64,000 bases of DNA from IMG/VR virus record IMGVR_UViG_3300042731_007874; one strand, 5' to 3'. The notes beneath the pieces are model-generated. The model saw only the letters and a program-made list of their open reading frames with translations. It made no database searches and had not been told where the DNA came from. Shown piece by piece: positions 54,901 through 64,000 of the stretch. Source of the stretch: a virus. The position numbers and the translations under genes were made by a program. Within the stretch, counting starts at the first letter, position 1. Every line of letters begins with the position of its first letter.

Positions 54901-56565
54901 TATCGAGCAAAAGTATTAGGTGACGTTGCTTTTTGGAGCAATGAATACAGACAAACAATCTCCCAAGCAAAGAAGAACTTAAAATACATGTCAGAGGAAG
55001 AACAGCAAATTGTTCTAACAACAGAAGAACAAGTTAAGGCTAAAAAACAAAGAAGAAACTTTAAAGATTATGTTTTTGCCCAAGACCAATTACAACAAGA
55101 GACTGTTACCGTAACAAATGTTTTGTCTCCGCGAAGATTTAAAACAAAAGAATATGGAGATACTATATTAGAAGCAAAAGGTATTGGCGCGATTACCAAA
55201 CCACAAGAGGCTTTAGAGACGACCAGAAATGTTCTTGAAGGAAGTAGGATCTCTATTTATTCTCCAGGTCTAGAGTCTAGAAGATTTAGTCGTGTTTCTG
55301 AAGGGCCAAGAATGGAAGTTGTTCCAATGCTTGGAGATAGAGATTTAGGAACTGTTCTTACGGAAGCCGGGTATGCTCAACACAAAGAACTAGAAGATGA
55401 ATTTAGACAAATTAGATTTACTCCTTCAGAACGACTAGCTGGGTCGATCTCTGAAAAAGTACTCCATGGAGCAGAAACTCCTTTAGAATATCTGACTCCT
55501 ATCTCTCCTGCTTCTAAGTTAATTAGACAGCGATCTCCAATAGAAGAATACGAGAGAACAGAAGCAATTGGAACTGCAAATTCTTTCTGGGATCGCCCCG
55601 TAGATAACTTCTTAAAGCCTGCTTACAATATGACTAAATACGAGTTAGGTTCTAGCGAGATACCAGAAGAGATACAACAGCGGCGCGATATAACAGAATA
55701 TTTTGATAAGTTACAGTGGGTTAAAGCATCAAGACTAGAGGCCAAAGCAAAACTAACCGGAGACTTTCATTTAGCTTCAGAGTTTAAGAAACAAAAAGAA
55801 TCTACTGTTTTTGGTGTTAATGTTTTCGGCTCTCCCGTTAATGTAATGAGAGCTTTACCTCGTCGAGAAAGAGATTTCTTTAATGAATTTGTTCAAGCAA
55901 AAACAATAGAAGACAGAGAGAAAATTTTATCTTTAGTTCCAGAAGACGAAAGAAGGATTTATATTTCTCAATGGGCAAGACAAGAAGAAAATAGTTCAAG
56001 AGCTAAATTAGAAGCCAAAATTGCAACAGAAGACGACAACAAAACTCTAGGCTTAGTTGCTCAAATGAGAAAGTCAGAAGGGTTCTCTTTTGATGAGGCA
56101 ATGGCAAGACGATGGATGGAAGAGACTGGAGGTAAGATTCCTTTTGATGATTGGCTGAGAGAACAAAAAGCAGAAGAGTATTTTAGAACTCATTCATTAC
56201 CAGGTGCAGACTGGATCGGTTTTAACCCTGCGGTTAGCCTAGATGATATTCGTATGGTTGCTGTTGAAATGCTTGGGCAAGATTTCCATGAACATGATTT
56301 ATGGGATGACAGAAAAAGAATGTTAGCAAGAAAACCTTATATAAATCCCACTGTAGTATCAGAAATGCAAGAGCAGGCAGAATATCAAGATAGCTGGAAG
56401 GTTGCTAGAAACTCTAAAGCTTTAACTCAAATGTTTGGAGACTATAAGGCTTCTTTGTATCAATCAAAGATTGCTGCTAATATTGGCCCGCCGCGATATA
56501 ATATAGAATTAAGAGATGGAAGACAAGATCTTGTTGACAAAGCTTATGAGAGGATTACCGGTTAA
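51901..56565 (+). CDS. tape-measure-like / ejected large virion protein (intein-containing)
   Basis: 1554 aa; Gly/Ala hydrophobic segments; follows the chaperones; TTG start with GGAGG 7 nt upstream. Confidence 0.7.
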   Translation: MVLPTIASGDQPLPSDQGDLTPIAKAALVTGSIGASGFIPTANGRLFDRYVNAIRAVETGFPAAILRTFRTSEFLSPLESWSQIDVSTSALQHGKYAEFLSSRFGHATGLSLKRTGSVFGQVTNEAGELLGYGLQIEAGSQKGTAIADYFARVSGVQLTEFQSLNDALLRSQYRIANPGIPYAEWLESLEPQLRRQRLILGSRIRSKINILGKDLQLSKSFAAGLAKTETVFNLLRAKAASTTGRLNTLLSAPLDIPYLGGVLSKIPGLRSLSVRPGTSTQMISRFIGKGLLIGAGWKGLEYLDYLRHEGSPLAPVFSTAAGAGIGSLIARAPGAKFSKAGLLIGGAVGLLAGIAPRFDEGLFYGAATLATDLTLTKAEISESIGLTESLQEQERVTPGLTDISTGMAFAGIGAMAAGFFSYGGLLKESILNRKSASRFADVIELTRAARKENLLKGVWKSRFGRAIEDIPLLKNITKTKSPMLLGALAGFAGWQLLSSGLSILSGNPMAAVPGASVLGTTETPEALQAIYSGEEEVPIRKGRFWEFGRCLAEHTEIITFSGISKKAKDIKIGDVLVGRDYKKATVKNIFTRHHKGEILKFSCAFDRDLKVEVTGNHRIPILRKSYSNKEHRVEYKTKEVKASEIRLNDYVEVPVKKLESNITDSATNPAVINYKGKIYAAIRTIETEEYDGVVYDFEVDNPDHLFRAGPFLVHNSSFEGDKIQYFRQHALPRLRARAYQKGLYGSEEERWGYSPWLNPVKALFGSDEWKYHYEQKYQKERPAPVTAPAGQEIPFIGPLVAETIGKLIKPRKLVRPEEWITDTGVKYKPSDEELEPAYGVGGLSAGQPLSPGEPTQLFNELLYRRREAIGLVGFTEGALVKSLLGREEIFPNQQTLAQMGKETGGENWLFQHLNLGGAYTASEPTRRFIPRTRSYLDTYNPLSNQMPSWMPGEDYFMDFKTGNPYQLSQLPEAEIRLPGPGLASLYPALEGVDPENYPLAYRAKVLGDVAFWSNEYRQTISQAKKNLKYMSEEEQQIVLTTEEQVKAKKQRRNFKDYVFAQDQLQQETVTVTNVLSPRRFKTKEYGDTILEAKGIGAITKPQEALETTRNVLEGSRISIYSPGLESRRFSRVSEGPRMEVVPMLGDRDLGTVLTEAGYAQHKELEDEFRQIRFTPSERLAGSISEKVLHGAETPLEYLTPISPASKLIRQRSPIEEYERTEAIGTANSFWDRPVDNFLKPAYNMTKYELGSSEIPEEIQQRRDITEYFDKLQWVKASRLEAKAKLTGDFHLASEFKKQKESTVFGVNVFGSPVNVMRALPRRERDFFNEFVQAKTIEDREKILSLVPEDERRIYISQWARQEENSSRAKLEAKIATEDDNKTLGLVAQMRKSEGFSFDEAMARRWMEETGGKIPFDDWLREQKAEEYFRTHSLPGADWIGFNPAVSLDDIRMVAVEMLGQDFHEHDLWDDRKRMLARKPYINPTVVSEMQEQAEYQDSWKVARNSKALTQMFGDYKASLYQSKIAANIGPPRYNIELRDGRQDLVDKAYERITG
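53548..54045 (+). mobile_element. 166-aa mini-intein
   Basis: Begins CLAEHTEI, VTGNHRI block B, ends VYDFEV..FLVHN, +1 Ser; no endonuclease. Confidence 0.92.
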
Positions 56566-59500
56566 TGCCAATTGACAATAGATATTATGAAGAAAGAAGT
56601 CCTTTATGGAGTTTGGCTTCTGCCAGTGCTCTTGCTGGCGGAATAGGATATTCTTATATTCAAGGGAAAGAAGACTTTGCCCGCGCTTTAAGAGCAGGGT
56701 CAAATGATATTTCTGAATCGATTATTTCAAGAGCAGCACAAGTTTCTGATTTTAATGTTGGTTCTGTAATGTCTTCTAATATAGACGAAGAATTCTTACG
56801 TTCTAATGTTCTCTCAATGGTTGGAGGGCCAGGAATTGTTAAGGGAAATCTTCATCAAGCAGCTTACGAATCTCTTCTTGCTACTGGAACAATAACAAAT
56901 GAAGAAGCTTTGTTGTCTTTAGCAGAAATTAACAAACAATCAACTCCGTTAGACGCTTACGAAGCAGCGATGTCTGTAATTAGAGGAAAAGGAGATCTTG
57001 ATGTTTTCGGAAACAAAATAGAAGAGATGACTACAGCTGGAGAAGCAAGATTAGCTTTACTACAAGACGCGGTAATGCCTTCGTCTCGTTATGGGGTTTT
57101 GGGTCCAAGGAATGTACCTTTCTCTGAACTATCAGCCACTGCACAGGAAAGGTTTGGTTCGTTAAAAACAAACATAACAGAAGCTGCTGGTAGTGGTTTT
57201 GATATCAACTGGAAGTTCAGAAACGTAGAAGACCTAATTGGAGGCAGATCTGTTACAACTCCAATGGCAATGTTAGAGATCAGTGGAGAAAGATTTGCTT
57301 TCCCTTTAGACCCATCTAGTAAGGTTGTTTATGGAGGTAAGAACCTATCCACAAGATATATGACAAGACAAGCATATACTACTGGTGGACAGCTTATGAA
57401 CTATGCGGATCTTGCCGAAGCAACAGTTGTTGATGCAATTCGCAAATCTCGTAACCAACAGGAATTAAAGAATAATTTATTTAACGCCCACAAAGGCTTA
57501 ATTGAGAACATATGGGAGTCAGATTCTGCCGCGAGGTCTGCTGCTATTTGGACTCCACCAGAACCAGTATTAACATCCGGAGGAAGAGCAAGAGCAAGAT
57601 TAACACTAAAAGAAGCGGTCGCTTATAATATTCCAGAAGAAGAAAGGATCGCTTTATTAGGAGAGAATCTTTATCCTTTTACCAGCCCAAATACAGCAGG
57701 GAAGGGAACTTTTGTTACGGCAAACATAAGAGAAGGTTTATTTGGTCCGCTTGGGAACTTAATAACTCCGGAGCAAAGACCTACTCAATTCATAAGATCT
57801 GAATGGGGAGTTACAGAAGCTGCCAAGCAAGCTGCTTCTCCATTTAGAGGAACTTTTGGATCGGCGTTTGATAGAGTTGATAGGAAGGTTCAAGGAGCTG
57901 ATTATAAAGCCCTCTTGTACGGAACGGCAGACCCAAGATCTGCTAAGGCATATTCAGCTCCTCAGCCATTGACTTTTTACGCTCGTCCTGGCGACAAAGT
58001 AGGCTATCAAAGAGAAGCGTTAAACAATCTTTTATCAGCAGAAGAAGGGGCCATATCGTCTTCGGCTAGAGGGATGTTCGAATACGAAAAATTACTACAA
58101 AAGAAAATCTCATTAACAAGCAACCTTCCTTTAAATAAACAATTAGCCTCTAAACTAGAAGGAGTTGCTCGTGGAACATTTGTTCCGATTGAAGGGATTG
58201 GAGCAGGAGCATTTTTAGGAACAGAGCTAGAGACTGGTAGAGAGTTAGCCTTATTGGCTGATGACGCAGTTGCTCAATCTGTTATAGGTGCAGAGATAAC
58301 AGAAGAAGGACAGGCTACTTTATTTCTTAAAGAGCGCCGCAGAATGCAGAAAAATGAACTTTGGAAATTCTTCTCAGAAGAGAATAAATATATGCTTGGG
58401 CTAGCAGACGATCTTAAGTTTAGAGAAATAGCTGAAGCTGCTGGTGCAGAATTAACTATAGGAGGTCAACGACTAGAGGCTATTCAATCCGGAAAATTAG
58501 TTGGAAGAAACCAATTCTCTCTATTAACTCAACAGATAGAAGCGGCTTCTGTATTTGCTGGTAATATTATAGATTCTGACGTAAACAATACTGTTAGGAG
58601 GAGAATAAGAAACCAAGAAATTCAAGCTTTTCTAGCAGACCCGGCTAAAGCCTTAAATGTTTCTGGGTTAATGGCCAATAGAGAGATTGATAGTGCCTAT
58701 GCAGTTCAAAAAAACCTTATTGGCCTCACAAAGGGATGGGGGTTCTCTGAACAAGAGATGCAACGTACATTTGGCTTAATGTCTTCTGGCCACTTAGAAC
58801 AAATGGTTTCAGAAGGAATCCTGTCTCCTGCAGAGCAAAAGTCAATTTTGAGTTCTAGTGGAGTTATTGGACTAGGCAAAGGTAGATTAGGGGATCTTGC
58901 TTCTGGTAACTGGGGACGAGGATCTTTCGAGCAATCCGGGTTTAGGCTTTTGACAGCCAAAGGAGAAGAAGGAGCTGCTTTTGCCACAGAATTAAGTAAA
59001 CGTATTTTAGGGAAAGGAGAACTTGGCGCAATCGCCAAAATGGAAGAATCTGTTTTAGGGCAAGAAAGCTTTTTGAAAAAATTCTCTAAAATGACTTCGA
59101 CTCCTATCTCTAAGATAGAAGATCTTGTTGGAGAAACAGGTAGATACGTTTCTTTAGGAAGAAAGTTTAAGGCTTTTGGCGGATCGAGTAGAATATATGT
59201 TCCTGGTACTTCTGAAGCATCTGGGTTATTAAAGCCAATTATTTCTAGAGGAGAAGAGATTTCTGCACCATTAATTTCTGAGCTAAGGTCTTTTCAATCT
59301 CTCTTAAAAGCCGGACGACCAGAGGAAGAACTTGAATCTGCAGCTGAAAGACTAAGAAACCTAGTTGTTCAGCTTTCTGAAACTCAGTCTGCCGCTAGAG
59401 GAAAAGTAGTTGGTTCTGAGATATTGACTGGCGTTAGAAGAACTTTTAAAGAACAAAGCGATACCTTTAGGATCTCTCAACAATCTGCAGATAGAATGTT

Positions 59501-60968
59501 TAACGATCTGATTAAGCGTTCTGCTGTTGGAGAAAAAGAATTTCTAGAACAACAAAGACAAGCTCTTATGTCTGGAGAAACCCTCATGGGAGGAATGTGG
59601 CGTCATCCAACAACCGGACCCGAGTCTTTTCAGTTTGTTAAATACAAAGTAGATAAACAACTAGCAGATGGAATGGTCGCTGCTCCAACCAAATTTGGGA
59701 CCTTAGCTTTCAAGGGAGGAAGATCATACAAAGCTGATATTTCAGAAATGGTTGGTTTTGCTGGAGACTTTGATAGAGACCAATTTGTTTTGTCTGCTAT
59801 TGCGGAAAAAAATACCGCTAATAAAGTTAGACGAAATATAGATACAAAGATGAGACAGCAATATACTAATTATGTATTTAATCATTACGGGATGAAAGAC
59901 ATAATTGACCAAAAAGTTAGTAAAAGCGCAATCTTAGATACGTTATCCAGAGAGGCTCTTCAATCTGGATACAAAAAACTAACAACAGCCAAAACAACAA
60001 CTGGGCAAGTTAACCTTGCTCTTCAAAAACTAAAGATTGGGTTACAATACACTGCACCAGAAGAATACAGACCATTAGCGGATCTGTTCTTCCATCTAGA
60101 ACAAACTGCTATCGGTGGTAAACATGGTGTCTTAACCTCTGATTTGTATCAAGCTATTGCTGCATCCACTAAGGGAGGAGAACAAGGTCTTCGAACAATG
60201 ACAGATGTTTTGACTACTTTGTTTGGTGGAGATAAAATTAATCTTAAAGGACAAGTTACTGATTCTTTTGGAAATGTTACTTCTCATGCTTTTAACATGG
60301 ATCTAAAACAAGCTGCGCAAGTTGCGATTTCTTCTTATGACGCGGTTAGTCAAGATGTTGACATTGCGGTAAGAGCAGCCTCTATGGCAAAAGGAAAATC
60401 ATCTGACTTTGTTACTTTAAACAAACTAACAGAACAGTTTTATGCTCGACGACAAGGATCTATTGACATTGCCCAACAATACATGCAGGCAAATGCCGAA
60501 AACCTAGAGACTCTTACGGGTAAAACTTCTCGACTAATTCGCAAAGCAGAAGCTAAATCAAAGTCATTACTAAGTGCAATTAGAGCACACAAGAAACCAA
60601 TCTTGATTGGAGCAGCTGCGGCAGTAGGGATTGCAGCTTTGTCCCCAAGTGTTTCTGGTGTTTTAAGGCCGGTTACTCCTGTTCCCAATAAGAGAAGAGA
60701 GATTACAGCAGAACACATTACCCCTGAAGGCCCGCCAATGAACCCGCCGGAACCTGGACCTAACATTGCACCTAGAGTTTACGATTTTGGTGGCGGTGAC
60801 GAATCAATCCGTGCTAATATTAGAACTAGAATCAATGACTTACAACAATCAGAAAACTTCATGGATAAAGTCAAAGGTTTTGGAGGACAATCCTCTCTTC
60901 GAATCAAAGATGATCGTTCTGTATTAGATCCTCATTTGTTGGCAAACAAGATACATGAAAGATTGTAA
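56565..60968 (+). CDS. candidate single-chain two-barrel DNA-dependent RNA polymerase (virion-type)
   Basis: WRHP (R1013), AGDFDRD (D1068/1070/1072), GQVN, AIGGKHG; upstream K601/K608 and LEAIQSGKLVGRN. Confidence 0.7.
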   Translation: MPIDNRYYEERSPLWSLASASALAGGIGYSYIQGKEDFARALRAGSNDISESIISRAAQVSDFNVGSVMSSNIDEEFLRSNVLSMVGGPGIVKGNLHQAAYESLLATGTITNEEALLSLAEINKQSTPLDAYEAAMSVIRGKGDLDVFGNKIEEMTTAGEARLALLQDAVMPSSRYGVLGPRNVPFSELSATAQERFGSLKTNITEAAGSGFDINWKFRNVEDLIGGRSVTTPMAMLEISGERFAFPLDPSSKVVYGGKNLSTRYMTRQAYTTGGQLMNYADLAEATVVDAIRKSRNQQELKNNLFNAHKGLIENIWESDSAARSAAIWTPPEPVLTSGGRARARLTLKEAVAYNIPEEERIALLGENLYPFTSPNTAGKGTFVTANIREGLFGPLGNLITPEQRPTQFIRSEWGVTEAAKQAASPFRGTFGSAFDRVDRKVQGADYKALLYGTADPRSAKAYSAPQPLTFYARPGDKVGYQREALNNLLSAEEGAISSSARGMFEYEKLLQKKISLTSNLPLNKQLASKLEGVARGTFVPIEGIGAGAFLGTELETGRELALLADDAVAQSVIGAEITEEGQATLFLKERRRMQKNELWKFFSEENKYMLGLADDLKFREIAEAAGAELTIGGQRLEAIQSGKLVGRNQFSLLTQQIEAASVFAGNIIDSDVNNTVRRRIRNQEIQAFLADPAKALNVSGLMANREIDSAYAVQKNLIGLTKGWGFSEQEMQRTFGLMSSGHLEQMVSEGILSPAEQKSILSSSGVIGLGKGRLGDLASGNWGRGSFEQSGFRLLTAKGEEGAAFATELSKRILGKGELGAIAKMEESVLGQESFLKKFSKMTSTPISKIEDLVGETGRYVSLGRKFKAFGGSSRIYVPGTSEASGLLKPIISRGEEISAPLISELRSFQSLLKAGRPEEELESAAERLRNLVVQLSETQSAARGKVVGSEILTGVRRTFKEQSDTFRISQQSADRMFNDLIKRSAVGEKEFLEQQRQALMSGETLMGGMWRHPTTGPESFQFVKYKVDKQLADGMVAAPTKFGTLAFKGGRSYKADISEMVGFAGDFDRDQFVLSAIAEKNTANKVRRNIDTKMRQQYTNYVFNHYGMKDIIDQKVSKSAILDTLSREALQSGYKKLTTAKTTTGQVNLALQKLKIGLQYTAPEEYRPLADLFFHLEQTAIGGKHGVLTSDLYQAIAASTKGGEQGLRTMTDVLTTLFGGDKINLKGQVTDSFGNVTSHAFNMDLKQAAQVAISSYDAVSQDVDIAVRAASMAKGKSSDFVTLNKLTEQFYARRQGSIDIAQQYMQANAENLETLTGKTSRLIRKAEAKSKSLLSAIRAHKKPILIGAAAAVGIAALSPSVSGVLRPVTPVPNKRREITAEHITPEGPPMNPPEPGPNIAPRVYDFGGGDESIRANIRTRINDLQQSENFMDKVKGFGGQSSLRIKDDRSVLDPHLLANKIHERL

Positions 60969-63900
60969 TGCCTAAAGAGTTAATATTTCCACAAAGCATA
61001 GAAGAAGAAGACTGGGAGAAAGATGTCTCTTTAGAGATTGGGACTTCTTCTCCAAGTGGCTTAGAACTTGAATATGCCAAAGGAGCCGAAAGAGAAGACT
61101 TATTTGTTTCTTTTGTGGGAACTGATATTTTCCCTGATGATGTTATAGTAATTAATGATGTATATTTAGATAATATTCCTACAAGCGCAATAAAAATCCA
61201 ATCTAGCCCAGATGTCTTTGTAGCAGAAACACTTAGAACTAAATCTCCTATAGTTACCTCTAAAGGTAAACAAGATTTTATTTTAGATTTAAGTTTGGTT
61301 TTTAAGCCAGGAAAAGCACAACAACAAAAGCTTCATCGATTAATTGCAGAGCTGTCTAAAACTCCTTTTACATTTATCTTTAATAATAAAATTAAGAAAG
61401 CCTTGGCTGTAAAAGATTTTGAAACAACTTTATTTGTATTAGAATTCGGCAACTTAAGATCTGTCTCTGACGCTGTCGGAGTCGTTGCTTTAGACTTAAC
61501 TTTTCATTTATGTAACTATAAACCTTTCAGTAACCACTGTTATTATAATGCTCGTTTAGGAGGACTAGAGAAAGAAAAAGAAACGAAGGCCGAAGAGGTT
61601 GGAACCCCTATTGAGCTAGGAGGGCTACAAGGTTTTGAAGCTGACGAATATACAATAACGAAACATACAGAGAAGGTAAGAGCTAATATTCAAAAAGGGC
61701 TAGAGGCAACTAAATCTGCTTCTCAAGGTAATATTCCAGTTGCTTTCCCGTCTGAATCAGATGCTTGGATGTATTACGCCAATAGACTAGAGTCTCAAGT
61801 TCAACAAATTACAGATTCTCCTTCTGATTATATTGGGTTAGCTGTCCAAGAATATAAATATATTTCTCCTCCAGACGAAGCAAAAATAGGTAAGTCTTTA
61901 AAAGACTTTTCTTTTGATAATCCTCTTCATCCAATTAGGGCTCCATATGTTGCAAATAATCCAGATTCAACTAGAACAATTAACCAACAGTCGGTTGATG
62001 AGCTAACAAGCTTAGAGTCTGATTCGTCTATTAAAACAAAATTTATTAACACTAAAACAGGACAGAGTATTAGTGTTAAGTTACTAACTGATCAAAACGA
62101 ACCGTCTGCAGAAGCTGCTTATCAGCTAAGTAAATTATGGAGAGTAGGAAAATATAGCGATTGTGCCTATGTTCAATTAGGGTTAGTAGGGAAGTTAGCT
62201 TTATTATCAAATAGGTTCCCAGGAAGAACAATTCGAATTATTTCCGCGTCTAGAAAACAAAAGAACTTATCAAAACCGCCTAGCAAACATGCTATAGGTC
62301 AAGCAATGGACCTAACCATTGATGGTGTTCCAAATGAAGAAATTTTTGCTTTTGCTAAACAACAACATAAAACAGGAATTGGCTTTTACCCAAACTCAAC
62401 TTTTGTTCATATCGATCATAGGGAAAAATCAACCTATTGGATAGACTTATCTGGACCAGGAGAAAAGGCCAACTATGTTTCTTCTAATGATAGGGCTAAT
62501 TGGTTAAGAGATTACTATCAAACTCATAATGACATAGAAGAAGACACTGATGAAATAAATCATAAACCAGATTATTTATCTGAACTAAACAACTCCAAAG
62601 GAGGAGAAGTATCTAAAACTCAAGAAAAGATAGACAGAAAAAAAGAACAAACTTCTCCAAACGAATCTAGAAAAAAATCTTTAGAAGCTAGAGAGCTTTG
62701 GATTAAAGCACAAGAAACTGAAGGTTGGTTTTATTACAGCAAAGACAAAAAGATAAAGAATCTTTTCTTTCGCAAAATCGCAGCAAATGTGTCTGGAGAC
62801 TTTTCTGCTCAACAACAAGGACTAGTTCTTCCCAATATAGTTTGTTCTGCTTTGTCACTTTCTTTTGGACATAGAATTTCTCCTCTTCGTCTTGTTGGCC
62901 AACCGTACTATTCTTATCAGTTTTTAGGAGCAGGCAATAGAACAGGTCAAATTGTGTTTACTTATGCGGGAAAGACTGGTCAGAAATCTGCTGATATTAT
63001 TAAAGAAATAATTTATAAAGCCCAAGAGAACTCTCGTAAATTTGGCGCTTTGGTTAAAGAAGCAGGAGCGGTTAATGTTGCTTCTTTGTCTTATCTGACC
63101 GGCGATCAGAATATTTTATTAGCCTTGCTTGGTGTTGAGAATATCGTTGTGACAGGAATAGAAGATGCTTCCTCTCCGGATTCCGCTGATAAAAATCAAT
63201 TGCTTATTGAGTTTATTGTACAGGATTTTGCAGAAGAAACAATAGAAAAAAGATTAACGACCACACTTTCTTCTAAACAACGAATTATTAAAAGCATTAT
63301 GGGAATGTTGTCTTCGCGCAAAGCAGCTGGACTAACAAATGACATTACGTCAATTTACCCAAATCGATCTATTGCAAAAGTGAATTTAGGAACTGGAAGA
63401 GCTTATGAAGTCGTAGAGGGGACTCCTTCATGGGTAGCTAATATTGCAGCTAAAGCTGCGGAACTTTGCCAAGACATAAATAACAAGATGCCTCCAGTTA
63501 AATGGAGAGCAAATAAGCTTGCTGCTAAAACTTGGAAAGATAATTATTCGGAATGGGGAGCTGGAAATCTATTTAATGGCCGAGTCAAGAATATAGATTC
63601 TGAAGAGAAGAACGGAGCTGGACCAACTTTTGGAACTTTACCCGGTAAAGAAATATACGAAAGTGTAAATGGTTCTAGTAATGCTCCTTCTCCAGAGTCT
63701 ATGTATAGTGGAGTATTTCAATATGATGGCGGCTCAAAGACTAATGAAATCCACGAACGAGTCTTCTTGGAATGGCTCAGCAGGATGGATGTTTTAGTTA
63801 AAGAAGTCAACCAGTATGCGGCAGACGAAGAGAATTTCGAAAAATATTTTGGCAACATAGGGCTAGAACTACTAGACGAGGTGAGTGATTCGTTAGGCGA

Positions 63901-64000
63901 TTGTTGTTCTGATTTAGATTTACCTAATGTTCCTGGTGCACGAGTTCCTCTCCCCCCAGAGTTTTACTTTTATGATGATTCAGATGAAGATCCATTAATA
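60968..64000 (+). CDS. baseplate hub-like protein with M15 (YcbK/MepK-like) peptidase domain; truncated by window end
   Basis: Hand-translated open frame of at least 1011 codons from ATG 60968; SKHAIGQAMD..GIGFYPNSTFVHID..SGPGE at ~62280-62465; tube-like motif near 62840-62960. Confidence 0.8.
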   Translation, partial: MPKELIFPQSIEEEDWEKDVSLEIGTSSPSGLELEYAKGAEREDLFVSFVGTDIFPDDVIVINDVYLDNIPTSAIKIQSSPDVFVAETLRTKSPIVTSKGKQDFILDLSLVFKPGKAQQQKLHRLIAELSKTPFTFIFNNKIKKALAVKDFETTLFVLEFGNLRSVSDAVGVVALDLTFHLCNYKPFSNHCYYNARLGGLEKEKETKAEEVGTPIELGGLQGFEADEYTITKHTEKVRANIQKGLEATKSASQGNIPVAFPSESDAWMYYANRLESQVQQITDSPSDYIGLAVQEYKYISPPDEAKIGKSLKDFSFDNPLHPIRAPYVANNPDSTRTINQQSVDELTSLESDSSIKTKFINTKTGQSISVKLLTDQNEPSAEAAYQLSKLWRVGKYSDCAYVQLGLVGKLALLSNRFPGRTIRIISASRKQKNLSKPPSKHAIGQAMDLTIDGVPNEEIFAFAKQQHKTGIGFYPNSTFVHIDHREKSTYWIDLSGPGEKANYVSSNDRANWLRDYYQTHNDIEEDTDEINHKPDYLSELNNSKGGEVSKTQEKIDRKKEQTSPNESRKKSLEARELWIKAQETEGWFYYSKDKKIKNLFFRKIAANVSGDFSAQQQGLVLPNIVCSALSLSFGHRISPLRLVGQPYYSYQFLGAGNRTGQIVFTYAGKTGQKSADIIKEIIYKAQENSRKFGALVKEAGAVNVASLSYLTGDQNILLALLGVENIVVTGIEDASSPDSADKNQLLIEFIVQDFAEETIEKRLTTTLSSKQRIIKSIMGMLSSRKAAGLTNDITSIYPNRSIAKVNLGTGRAYEVVEGTPSWVANIAAKAAELCQDINNKMPPVKWRANKLAAKTWKDNYSEWGAGNLFNGRVKNIDSEEKNGAGPTFGTLPGKEIYESVNGSSNAPSPESMYSGVFQYDGGSKTNEIHERVFLEWLSRMDVLVKEVNQYAADEENFEKYFGNIGLELLDEVSDSLGDCCSDLDLPNVPGARVPLPPEFYFYDDSDEDPLI

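Noticed and set aside
826-60766. Many track ORFs antisense to or nested in longer genes (e.g. 826-1032, 7903-8316, 9295-9690, 10328-10801, 39935-40327, 58706-59038, 60440-60766)
   Set aside because: They are shadow frames of well-supported genes, with no RBS or recognisable motifs
1-64000. Stop-codon reassignment as in some large phages
   Set aside because: Long genes are intact in code 11 and end in TAA, TAG and TGA

Overview
This window is part of a large, AT-rich dsDNA phage genome with a contractile tail (myovirus-like), read in the standard genetic code. No cellular housekeeping context is visible. Bases 1-12,026 are a leftward accessory/early arm: an RlmN-like and a second radical SAM enzyme, a P-loop kinase, an orphan receiver domain, two zinc peptidases, an HNH protein, a 5-member paralog family, many small ORFs and duplicated hairpin-rich leaders. 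A divergent promoter region (~12.03-12.41 kb) is followed by rightward accessory genes: a HigA-like N-terminal domain protein, an ATP-grasp enzyme, four tRNAs, a stand-alone terminase-type ATPase, a frameshifted phosphatase and HNH, Hsp20, GroES and a PHP protein. From ~23.7 kb comes the virion module: a kinase-domain protein, Gly-rich proteins, terminase large subunit with intein, portal, prohead protease, capsid, neck, sheath, three tail-tube paralogs (the first split by a group I intron), chaperones, a tape-measure-like protein with mini-intein, and a baseplate-hub-like ORF that runs off the window. The most notable candidate is a 1467-aa protein in the tail module with the motifs of a single-chain two-barrel RNA polymerase (RHP, DFDRD, AIGGKHG). 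Also notable are a duplicated three-hairpin leader with covariation and a leader whose hairpin loop can pair with the downstream Shine-Dalgarno. All family assignments come from motif recognition by eye; no searches were run.
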